DNA of 64,000 nucleotides from IMG/VR virus record IMGVR_UViG_3300020579_000009, positions 1-64,000 of that record. One strand, given 5' to 3'. Made by a program: the position numbers and the translations under genes. The notes under the pieces are model-generated. The model saw nothing but the letters and a program-made list of their open reading frames with translations. It ran no database searches and was not told the DNA's origin. The DNA is from a virus. This document shows positions 1 to 7,328 of the stretch, piece by piece (position 1 is the first letter of the stretch; each line of letters starts with the position of its first letter).

Positions 1-102
1 TGGAACCGCGACGACGGAAAGTACATCCCGTACTGTTCTACTTTTCTGGCGCGAGAGCAATGGGCCGATGAGCCGTGGACTGGAGCTTTTGAAGGGCGCT
101 AG
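1..102 (+). CDS. C-terminal fragment of phage replication initiator (partial)
   Basis: WNRDDGKYIPYCSTFLAREQWADEPWTGAFEGR*, identical to the end of 44241..44984. Confidence 0.85.
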   Translation, partial: WNRDDGKYIPYCSTFLAREQWADEPWTGAFEGR

Positions 103-127
103 GCGCTGCGGGAAGGTTGGCGCGGCG
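1..127 (+). repeat. 127-bp exact direct repeat, copy 1
   Basis: Identical to 44883-45009; diverges at 128/45010. Confidence 0.95.
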
Positions 128-164
128 GCGACGCAGGAAGAAGCAGAAAGGGTGAAAGAAAATC

Positions 165-353
165 ATGGGCGAATGGGAGATTACGGTAAGGCCGTGGAAG
201 GCTTCGGGCGGCAGCACGGTGCATGATGAAACCTTGCTAGTTGAGGCGGATTCGTCACGGCAAGCCCTGTTGAAGTTTTACCAAGCAGAGGACTACGATT
301 TTACCATTTGGCGCGTGATTGATATTGTGCGGCGCGGGCCAGAAGTGAGGTGA
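165..353 (+). CDS. Hypothetical protein
   Basis: 62-aa ORF with purine-rich upstream sequence; deleted in unit B. Confidence 0.55.
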   Translation: MGEWEITVRPWKASGGSTVHDETLLVEADSSRQALLKFYQAEDYDFTIWRVIDIVRRGPEVR

Positions 354-357
354 GCGG

Positions 358-699
358 GTGCCGGTAGACCAGAAGAAATATCCGAAGAACTGGAAGGCGA
401 TTAGCGCCGAGGTCAGGAAGCGCTCTGGAGGGCAATGTGAATGCACGGGCGAGTGCGGCTTGCACAAAACGACTGGTGGAGCGCGAAGATGCGTGGAGAA
501 AAACGGAGAGGCAGCTAAGTGGGCTCGCGGAAAGATTGTACTTACGGTTGCCCACCTGTGTCATAACCCGCGTTGCGCGAGACGGAAGCATCTCAAAGCT
601 ATGTGTCAGCGCTGTCACCTACGATACGACGTACAGCTCCACAAGCAGCACAGGCGCGAAAGACGCGAGCGAGAAACCGGACAAATGAGATTGCTTTAG
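358..699 (+). CDS. HNH-type zinc-binding nuclease-like protein
   Basis: YPKNW...CECTGEC...LTVAHLCHNP...HLKAMCQRCHLRYD pattern. Confidence 0.7.
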   Translation: MPVDQKKYPKNWKAISAEVRKRSGGQCECTGECGLHKTTGGARRCVEKNGEAAKWARGKIVLTVAHLCHNPRCARRKHLKAMCQRCHLRYDVQLHKQHRRERRERETGQMRLL

Positions 700-743
700 C
701 CAAGGAACAAGACTAAACTCTCGCGCAGCAAAGGAGAAAAAGC

Positions 744-1130
744 ATGAGACCTAGAAGGGCATTTCCTACCATCGCTTTGCTGATTCCGCTGATGCTGGCG
801 GGCTGCGCGGCGCGGCCTATCCATCCCGGCGCTGCCAATTCCTACGACTCTAACGCTTACGACGCGCTGATTGTGGCGCACAGCGTCATTGAGACTACCA
901 AGACCGATTTGGCGAACAATGCCTTCCCCGCATCTATCGCCGGAAACGTCAAGACGGCGCTGAACGACCTGATACGCGGCTATGACGTGGCGCAGACAGC
1001 CTACACTGCTTACCACGCTTCGGCAGTAGTGGGCACGGCCACTCCCGCGCAATCGACAGCCCTGACCAACGCTCTCAACGACGTGAACAGCAAGACCGCC
1101 GCGCTCACAGCGGCAAAGGCGGGAAAATGA
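744..1130 (+). CDS. Lipoprotein, possibly lysis accessory or spanin-like
   Basis: Signal peptide with lipobox LAGC, helical Ala-rich mature part, AGGAG RBS. Confidence 0.7.
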   Translation: MRPRRAFPTIALLIPLMLAGCAARPIHPGAANSYDSNAYDALIVAHSVIETTKTDLANNAFPASIAGNVKTALNDLIRGYDVAQTAYTAYHASAVVGTATPAQSTALTNALNDVNSKTAALTAAKAGK

Positions 1131-1369
1131 GCACCACCGTAACCGTTACGACACCTAGCCCGAATCCTCCCGGCAGCAAGCTCCAAAGCATCCTCAGCAT
1201 CATCTCGCTGGTCTTGCAGGCGCTCACGGCCATTCCCGGTCTTGGTGTACCGATTGCCATTGAGCAGGCGTTCCAGAAGATTCTGACCAATGCGCTCGCG
1301 GCTTATCAGGCAGAGACTGGCCAGCCGCTCGACTTGAGCAAGATTCCGCAAGAAAGCCTAGTCCCTTGA
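1127..1369 (+). CDS. Small amphipathic/membrane protein coupled to the lipoprotein
   Basis: ATGA overlap; hydrophobic ILSIISLVLQALTAIPGLGV. Confidence 0.65.
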   Translation: MSTTVTVTTPSPNPPGSKLQSILSIISLVLQALTAIPGLGVPIAIEQAFQKILTNALAAYQAETGQPLDLSKIPQESLVP

Positions 1370-1372
1370 CAT

Positions 1373-1482
1373 TAGCGCCGAAGCGATGGCGCTAGGAAGG
1401 CAAGGCGCGTTGCCACGATGGAGTAGTTTGCAGTGACTTGGGGCCCTGCTGGGTTCGCGCTCGGTCAGGGCCTCCTCCTAAA
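1373..1482 (+). ncRNA. Conserved structured RNA motif, copy A
   Basis: Stem TAGCGCC/GGCGCTA with loop GAAGCGAT, GGAA, stem GGCAA/TTGCC, ACGA, third stem GGCCCTG/CAGGGCC, CCTCCTAAA. Covarying counterpart at 45821-45925. Confidence 0.55.
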
Positions 1483-1486
1483 GCCT

Positions 1487-1789
1487 ATGCTCCTAACAAC
1501 TCATCAACGCGAAGAGCTTTCACATCATGGCCTGTGGATACGCGAGGCTTGCGACAAGTGCCATAAGCTTCTGCTTTTGCCGTGGTGCTTCACGCGGCGC
1601 GGCGAGAAAGGCGTCTATTGCTCAAGGCTTTGCCGGGATGGGGAAGAGCGAGCGCCTATTGGAACGTGTGCGAATTGTGGGGCGAAGTTGGGCCCAGTAC
1701 GCAGAGGAACGAAGTTCTGTTCCGCGACCTGCCGGACACGCCAACACAGAAGTCCTAAACAGGGCGAAATTCGCGTTACTGGCCATTGA
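1487..1789 (+). CDS. Zinc-finger protein (CxxC...CSxxC repeats)
   Basis: CDKC, YCSRLC, CANC, FCSATC; ATG 1487 chosen as start. Confidence 0.55.
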   Translation: MLLTTHQREELSHHGLWIREACDKCHKLLLLPWCFTRRGEKGVYCSRLCRDGEERAPIGTCANCGAKLGPVRRGTKFCSATCRTRQHRSPKQGEIRVTGH

Positions 1790-1827
1790 AACTAAAGGAC
1801 TTAAAAACAGCTGGATACATTTAAGCT

Positions 1828-2304
1828 ATGGACACACAATCTGAGGCAAAACTGGCGGAAGTTCACCCTGAACTGGCAAGGCGTATCGAGCAGCTAGCCG
1901 CTTTGCTTTCCTTCCCGCTCATCGTGACTTGTGGCTTGCGAAGCTGGGCGGCTCAGGACACGCTCTTTGCTCAAGGAAGAACTACCCCCGGCCCGGTAGT
2001 GACGAATGCCAGAGGCGGATGGTCGATGCACCAGTTTGGGCTCGCCGTCGACGTGGCTCCCACGGACGGACATAGCGTGGATTGGAATGGCAAAGACGCC
2101 AAGTGGGAAGAGATTCTAGCGAAGGCTCCGAGCGTAGGCTTGGCGGAAGGCGCAACGTGGCGGACGTTCCCCGACGAGCCGCACCTTTATCCACAGGAGA
2201 TTCCGCCAAACCCCGATGACACCCTGCGCTACACCTTCAAAGAAGGCGGCATGGCCGCAGTCAACGCGTGGGCCGATGCCCTGATGGGGATTACCAGCGA
2301 CTAG
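1828..2304 (+). CDS. Endolysin, M15 family (L-Ala-D-Glu peptidase-like)
   Basis: LRSWAAQDTLFAQGRT, SMHQFGLAVD (SxHxxGxAxD) and DEPH motifs. Confidence 0.9.
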   Translation: MDTQSEAKLAEVHPELARRIEQLAALLSFPLIVTCGLRSWAAQDTLFAQGRTTPGPVVTNARGGWSMHQFGLAVDVAPTDGHSVDWNGKDAKWEEILAKAPSVGLAEGATWRTFPDEPHLYPQEIPPNPDDTLRYTFKEGGMAAVNAWADALMGITSD

Positions 2305-2768
2305 CTAACCTGGTTCAAGCTGAAATCCGTCACCTGCACGGGCGCGGCAGCCAGAATCGGAACGTTGAATACATGGCTGATAGCCGTTCCAGCGCCGTTC
2401 ACGCCGGAGATGGTCAGGTTATAGGAAGCTCCGGTGTCGGTAGCCGCCACGGACGCTGTAAACTGGAGCGTCTTGGGGTCTACCGGGCCGAGCGTTACGA
2501 GCGTGTCATCCACGCTGACCACCGGGCCAGAGGTAAGAGGGACAAAGTTCGTTGCCGGGACAAGCCCGATAGCGAAGGTACTGGTGCTGCCTTGCTGCGT
2601 TCCATTGATAGCCATTGATTCTCCTTGAATGATTTGAAACAACTCGAAATCCGTTACCTGGTTGATGCTTACAAGCTGATTGAGAGTGTGCGCGATGCGT
2701 TCGAGTTCATGCGCGATGCGTTCAACTGCCCGCAGTTCCCGTTCTTCCCGCTCTTCTTCGTGCCTCAT
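2301..2768 (-). CDS. Coiled-coil plus beta-sandwich protein with internal in-frame start at 2615
   Basis: Ortholog of 47117..47635; AAGGAG RBS before internal MAINGTQQG. Confidence 0.75.
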   Translation of the reverse strand: MRHEEEREERELRAVERIAHELERIAHTLNQLVSINQVTDFELFQIIQGESMAINGTQQGSTSTFAIGLVPATNFVPLTSGPVVSVDDTLVTLGPVDPKTLQFTASVAATDTGASYNLTISGVNGAGTAISHVFNVPILAAAPVQVTDFSLNQVS

Positions 2769-2929
2769 CGGATTATAGAAAGAGCATGCCCGCCAGCGAT
2801 TTCAAGCAGAAAAGCCAGTAGGCCGCACGCGAACGATAGCCTGCCGATTTCCTGTAGCTTGGGATTGGCGCTTAGGGCATACATGAGCACACCGACGAGC
2901 GCGACCAATAAGCTGAGATAGATAATCAT
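2765..2929 (-). CDS. 54-aa two-TM membrane protein (holin-like)
   Basis: Translated by hand: MIIYLSLLVALVGVLMYALSANPKLQEIGRLSFACGLLAFLLEIAGGHALSIIR; conserved at 47632..47796. Confidence 0.75.
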   Translation of the reverse strand: MIIYLSLLVALVGVLMYALSANPKLQEIGRLSFACGLLAFLLEIAGGHALSIIR

Positions 2930-2973
2930 GGATTCAGTCTCCCCTTTTCAGAAAAGTTTGTATGTTCCCTTCA

Positions 2974-3261
2974 TCACACCTTTGGAGTCGGAACAGGTTG
3001 CGCAGTAATTTGCGGCTGGCCTGCCATCGCGGTCTGTTTGTCGAGCGCACCCTGAAAGTTTGGGGAACCTTCGATTCGCTGGCTAAACGCACGGGTAAGA
3101 TTCGAGGCCAGCGCGTTGGCAAAAGAAAAAAAGAATTTATAAAAGCCGCTGGAATTTGCCTGCGGAGATGGAAGCGAGCCCACGAAGTTGCTGAACACCA
3201 TGTAGCCTACGAGAGTTGATGTGGCTTGATGCGCGGAGATGTAAGCCCAGATTGTGCTCAC
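2974..3261 (-). CDS. Putative holin/membrane protein
   Basis: 95 aa, hydrophobic N-terminus, lysis-region context. Confidence 0.55.
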   Translation of the reverse strand: MSTIWAYISAHQATSTLVGYMVFSNFVGSLPSPQANSSGFYKFFFSFANALASNLTRAFSQRIEGSPNFQGALDKQTAMAGQPQITAQPVPTPKV

Positions 3262-3422
3262 TTTTCCTTCTTTTCGTTGAATCGAGGATATCTGTCCATC
3301 TGCTCGCGTATCTTACCAGCACAATCGGCACAATAGGGATATTTAAAGTGAGTTGAGCCGTTTATCTCCACCATTTTCTCTTCATGGGGAGGAATCTCTT
3401 TTCCGCACTTCTCGCACTTCAC
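3258..3422 (-). CDS. Small zinc-ribbon protein
   Basis: CEKC...CADC; GTGA overlap; homolog at 48129..48275. Confidence 0.6.
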   Translation of the reverse strand: MKCEKCGKEIPPHEEKMVEINGSTHFKYPYCADCAGKIREQMDRYPRFNEKKEK

Positions 3423-3868
3423 GGCTCCATCCTCAGAAGCAAACCAATTACAGCGATGCCCAAAAATGCGAGACTGATGGCAACAGCCCACGAAGCATTG
3501 AATCCCGCGCTTTTCCCCGCACTTTGGCTGCGCGATTCCCGCAAGTCAGTGATTTCCTTGTTAAACCCTTCTTTTATGGTGTCGATTTTGTCGATTACCG
3601 CTTGATGATTGGACATATACTCCTGTCGCGGCATGAAACCAGAAGCCTGGTCAGCGAGAGTTTTCCTGAACTCGTTCACGCTATCGAACCGCTTCTCTGT
3701 GGCTGTTTCGGCTTTGGCCACGGCTTCCTTGCTGGACGTGAGAGCGAGACTTGTCTTTTCGTCTGTCGCGCGAAACCGCTCCTCGTAGCGCCTGTCCCGC
3801 TCATCCATAAGCGTGCGGAGGTTCAAAATCTTTTCCAGTATGGCGGTATTGTGCTCCTCCCCGGTCAT
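3419..3868 (-). CDS. Coiled-coil protein with C-terminal TM helix
   Basis: Heptad-rich body, C-terminal WAVAISLAFLGIAVIGLLL; analogous to 49208..49711. Confidence 0.7.
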   Translation of the reverse strand: MTGEEHNTAILEKILNLRTLMDERDRRYEERFRATDEKTSLALTSSKEAVAKAETATEKRFDSVNEFRKTLADQASGFMPRQEYMSNHQAVIDKIDTIKEGFNKEITDLRESRSQSAGKSAGFNASWAVAISLAFLGIAVIGLLLRMEP

Positions 3869-3989
3869 TTCCCCCTCTTAGGCCGCACCCTTAAAAGGTG
3901 CGCCCGTTCCCGCAAGAGCAATTGAATCACATGCAAGAGTTTAATCTCCAGCTTGGTTAATCTGTGGGAGTCTGGTATCACAATATCCA

Positions 3990-4727
3990 TTACTGTTTGG
4001 TCAGCTCCAGCCAATGCAGATTGAACAGATACCCTGCCGTTCCTGAGCAAACAAAATGCAGCGTCACTGGCCCTGCTGGAAGAGCGAGAATCGGCCCTGC
4101 TACCGTTTGCCACGTCTGCCAGCCGCCTGTCGCGGGGATAGAGACAACGCCCAGCATGGTGCCTCCCTGCTGAATCGTGAGTGTGCCGCCATGAGCGCCC
4201 GAAGAAGAACGAACGGTTAGTGCATAGTTCCCTGCTGCCGGCACCGAAACCGAATAGTCGTAGGTCTGGCCGTTCTGGATGAAACCAACATCGAGCACGG
4301 AGCCGGAATCGGTCGTGTTTTCCGTCTGCATCGCTGGGACGGCAGCGATAGCGGTTGAGGCTTCCACATGCACGATGACGGCGACGGGCGGGAGAGTGCC
4401 TTGCTGGAGCGCCGCGATTTGAGCCTGCATCGTTGTGATTTGTGAAGCGAAGCCCGTAGCCTGGGATTGGAGAGTCGAGATAGTCGCTTCGTCACTAGCG
4501 AGTTGTGTCTTGAGCGCGGCAATAGCACCTGCATCGTTCTGCTGAAGCTGAAATACGGTGGCGATGTTGTTCTCTATCGTGGATTTGTAGCTGAGCAGCG
4601 CAATCGAAGCGTTGGTCTGTGAGGTCGTCACATCGGGGTAGACCGCAAGCGATGGAGCCTGCGCGTTAAGGCTTATAGCACAGCAGAGAACGAAAATTAC
4701 TAGGGTCTTTCTCAACTTTACCTCCAT
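3990..4727 (-). CDS. Secreted coiled-coil protein with CBM6-like carbohydrate-binding module
   Basis: Signal peptide ...AISLNA-Q, coiled coil, and the CBM6 hallmarks ENTTD..VGFI..G..Y and TGGWQTWQTV. Confidence 0.8.
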   Translation of the reverse strand: MEVKLRKTLVIFVLCCAISLNAQAPSLAVYPDVTTSQTNASIALLSYKSTIENNIATVFQLQQNDAGAIAALKTQLASDEATISTLQSQATGFASQITTMQAQIAALQQGTLPPVAVIVHVEASTAIAAVPAMQTENTTDSGSVLDVGFIQNGQTYDYSVSVPAAGNYALTVRSSSGAHGGTLTIQQGGTMLGVVSIPATGGWQTWQTVAGPILALPAGPVTLHFVCSGTAGYLFNLHWLELTKQ

Positions 4728-5091
4728 GTGTCGCTGCCTGAATCGCCGTCACTGTGTTCCATGTTGTTGCTCCGGCTGTCGGCAAGAGCCAATCCCAATG
4801 GAACCTGTCATCCTCGCTCTTGCGCCAGTAGTGCGATAGCTGCCCCATGCCGACCGAGAAGCCGAAACGGATACTCTCGCGGGCCTTGAATTCTCCGTAG
4901 CCTCCATCTGGGCAATGCCCTCCGATGCCGAACTGCTGGCGGCAGGTGTGAATGTAGTGCGTGGCGGCAACGGAACTGCCAGCCGGAAGTACGAAGTCGG
5001 TCAGGACATGGAGCACAACCTTACGTGGCCCCGCCACCGCCAGCCCCGGCAAGAGAAGGAAGAGAAGGGCGAACTTTATTGATTGGTGCAT
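4666..5091 (-). CDS. Signal-peptide-bearing hypothetical protein
   Basis: KFALLFLLLPGLAVA signal; in line with the operon. Confidence 0.6.
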   Translation of the reverse strand: MHQSIKFALLFLLLPGLAVAGPRKVVLHVLTDFVLPAGSSVAATHYIHTCRQQFGIGGHCPDGGYGEFKARESIRFGFSVGMGQLSHYWRKSEDDRFHWDWLLPTAGATTWNTVTAIQAATHGGKVEKDPSNFRSLLCYKP

Positions 5092-7328
5092 AGGATTTGG
5101 ATTATCTCCGTGTTGCTAGCACCCGGAGTGTTGTTGAACGTAAAAACTACTCCGGTATTTGTCAATGCAGTAGGTGTTAGAAATTCTGAGGCCGCAAGAA
5201 TTGGCTGTGTTCCACCCACCTGATACGCGCTGCAAAACGCTGGAGCTTGAATGAATGGCGTGGGAAATGTATAGGTGATAGTTGGATTAGCTGTTAGGCC
5301 GACAGTGCCGTTCGTGATTGTTCCTTGAACGGATTGCGTGGCTCCAGTTAAAGCCGTCCATGCGGCGGTGGGTGTATTACCCCACCCGCTACTGAGCACT
5401 AGCTTAGCTGCTGTGATGGGAGTGCCTGTTACAGAGCAGGAGCCGAAAGTATTGATTGCAGAGTTGGCGATACTGCCTTGCGTGAACGTGTTGGCGCACG
5501 CATCGGTGAAATTGATGGTGCCGCTGGTCTTGGTGAACATTGACATCTTCGTGCCGATAGCGGAGAGAGTTGCGCTGTAGGCGTTGATATTGCAGTTTGT
5601 CGGGTTGGCTCCGCAGAAGAACAGAGAAGAGTTGCCAGTCCCAGAACTATTCGATTCGGTAATTTTCGTGCCGCTTAAATTCACTGTTGCTGTTCCGTTG
5701 TTGTTGAAGAAAATCCCGAATGTGGCGTTGCCGTTGCTCGCGCCAATAAGATAGTCGCTGAAGGAATTCCATGTCCCGTTACTTTCGAGTCTTACCGCAG
5801 GGACGTTGCCAGCGCCGCTCGCGTTCACTCCCCAATACATCCCACCAGTCGAGTTGACGATGTTGCCGTTGAGGTCGAGCCACAGAGACGCCCCTCCACC
5901 GCCAGCGGCTCCGTCTGAGCCGAAGCAGTCGAGAGCATTGAGTGTGAGGATGTTCCCGGAAGCGAAGCGGCAATTCGTATTTCCGAAGCCCTCTGTAACG
6001 ATGTTGCTAAAGTAGGTGACGCCGCACCCGCCCTTGCCCAGTAGTCCTGTCGAGCTTGCAGAGGCAGCCTCCCACATGCTGAAGGACATATTCCAAGCGG
6101 CCATTGCCGTACAGTTTGGGTTGACGCCTTCAAATTCGATGAGGTTGACGGCGTGGGTCGTTCCGGCATCCGACTGGCCGTATCCCCATACGCCCCAATC
6201 GTGGGCATACCAATTCGCGGGGCCGACGATGCATCCAGCGAGGCTTTGGCCACCCGTGCAGTTAGCAAAGTTCGTGCTAGGTAGAGGGACTAGGATAGAG
6301 TTGCCCATTCCCTGTCCCGCTACGGACGGGCCTACCTGCGTATCGTCTGCGAGCGCGACTCCGGCACAAGGGCTTCCGGTGGGCACCGTGCCGACATTGA
6401 GCAGGCCCCCAGATGGAATCGTAATGAACGCCTGCCCTGAAGGAAACACAACAGTCTTGCAAGTAGTGCCCGCCCACGCAGCAATTGCGGTATTCTGGAT
6501 GGCGGTTGAATCGTCCTGCGTTCCCCAAACGAGGGCGCAGATGTGTCCACCAGCTTGCGTACACGATGCCGTGGCATTGTCAACGGCACAGCCGGGGAAA
6601 GTCGTTCCGACACTTATACTATTTGCGCTGTTGATGGTGCAGATAAAGCCTTGAGGTAGAATCACGCTTCCGCAAGATGCGCCGTTGCAGCCAACCGTCA
6701 TGCTGTCGGGAGCGGTCGTTCCAAAGACAATCTTCCCTAAGTCTGCGCTGGTAAATCCGCAACTCGCATCCGGGCAGGTCACGGTATTGCTGTTTTGCAC
6801 GAATGTCGCAGCGGAATTGGATTTCACGTCCCACTTCGCGCCGAACGATAGAGGGCTTAGAGAGAAACCGATACTGGAATCCACCGTCCAAGTATTCGTC
6901 GCCGTGCAAATGTAGATGCCAAAAGGGATGACTGAAAGCTGAACCGGAGCCGTCGTTCCCGGTGTGCATGTAGCAGGCAGCGAAGAGACAGACGTGATGC
7001 CGGAGCCGGAGCCGCCAATGGAAACCGTCTGCCTATTTGCGCTATTGTAGCCTGGCCCCGATAACTGAATGACATAGGTGCCAGATGCAATGTAGAACGT
7101 TGCGAAACCGGAAGGCCCAAGTTGAATGGGCTGGGCAATGGATTGGGTCAGCCCGACATCAGAGAAGATAGCTGCCGTTACTGGGCAGGGATAGCCATTA
7201 TCAGGCGAAGGGCAGACGCGGAGTTGGGCGTTGGGAGCAGGGGGGCTGAGATTAAAAATGGTGCCCTGCGCTTCGGCGTAGCCAGCCCAAGCCAAAATCA
7301 TCAGCAATGCAAATAATATTCTTCTCAT
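5076..7328 (-). CDS. Tailspike/depolymerase-like beta-helix protein with Sec signal peptide
   Basis: Start MRRILFALLMILAWAGYAEA-Q at an ATGA overlap. Particle-binding-like N-domain (IFSD...QPIQL...FYIASGTYVIQ). SPLSFGAKWD and DDSTAIQ...VVFPSG are pectate-lyase-superfamily start motifs. Confidence 0.8.
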   Translation of the reverse strand: MRRILFALLMILAWAGYAEAQGTIFNLSPPAPNAQLRVCPSPDNGYPCPVTAAIFSDVGLTQSIAQPIQLGPSGFATFYIASGTYVIQLSGPGYNSANRQTVSIGGSGSGITSVSSLPATCTPGTTAPVQLSVIPFGIYICTATNTWTVDSSIGFSLSPLSFGAKWDVKSNSAATFVQNSNTVTCPDASCGFTSADLGKIVFGTTAPDSMTVGCNGASCGSVILPQGFICTINSANSISVGTTFPGCAVDNATASCTQAGGHICALVWGTQDDSTAIQNTAIAAWAGTTCKTVVFPSGQAFITIPSGGLLNVGTVPTGSPCAGVALADDTQVGPSVAGQGMGNSILVPLPSTNFANCTGGQSLAGCIVGPANWYAHDWGVWGYGQSDAGTTHAVNLIEFEGVNPNCTAMAAWNMSFSMWEAASASSTGLLGKGGCGVTYFSNIVTEGFGNTNCRFASGNILTLNALDCFGSDGAAGGGGASLWLDLNGNIVNSTGGMYWGVNASGAGNVPAVRLESNGTWNSFSDYLIGASNGNATFGIFFNNNGTATVNLSGTKITESNSSGTGNSSLFFCGANPTNCNINAYSATLSAIGTKMSMFTKTSGTINFTDACANTFTQGSIANSAINTFGSCSVTGTPITAAKLVLSSGWGNTPTAAWTALTGATQSVQGTITNGTVGLTANPTITYTFPTPFIQAPAFCSAYQVGGTQPILAASEFLTPTALTNTGVVFTFNNTPGASNTEIIQILCTNQ

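Noticed and set aside
1-127. 127-bp repeat as a terminal repeat or att site
   Set aside because: It lies inside the replication gene, is cut by the window edge and equals a common k-mer length; no integrase or tRNA is nearby.
1366-1394. TTGACA as a promoter
   Set aside because: No credible -10 element at 16-18 nt spacing.
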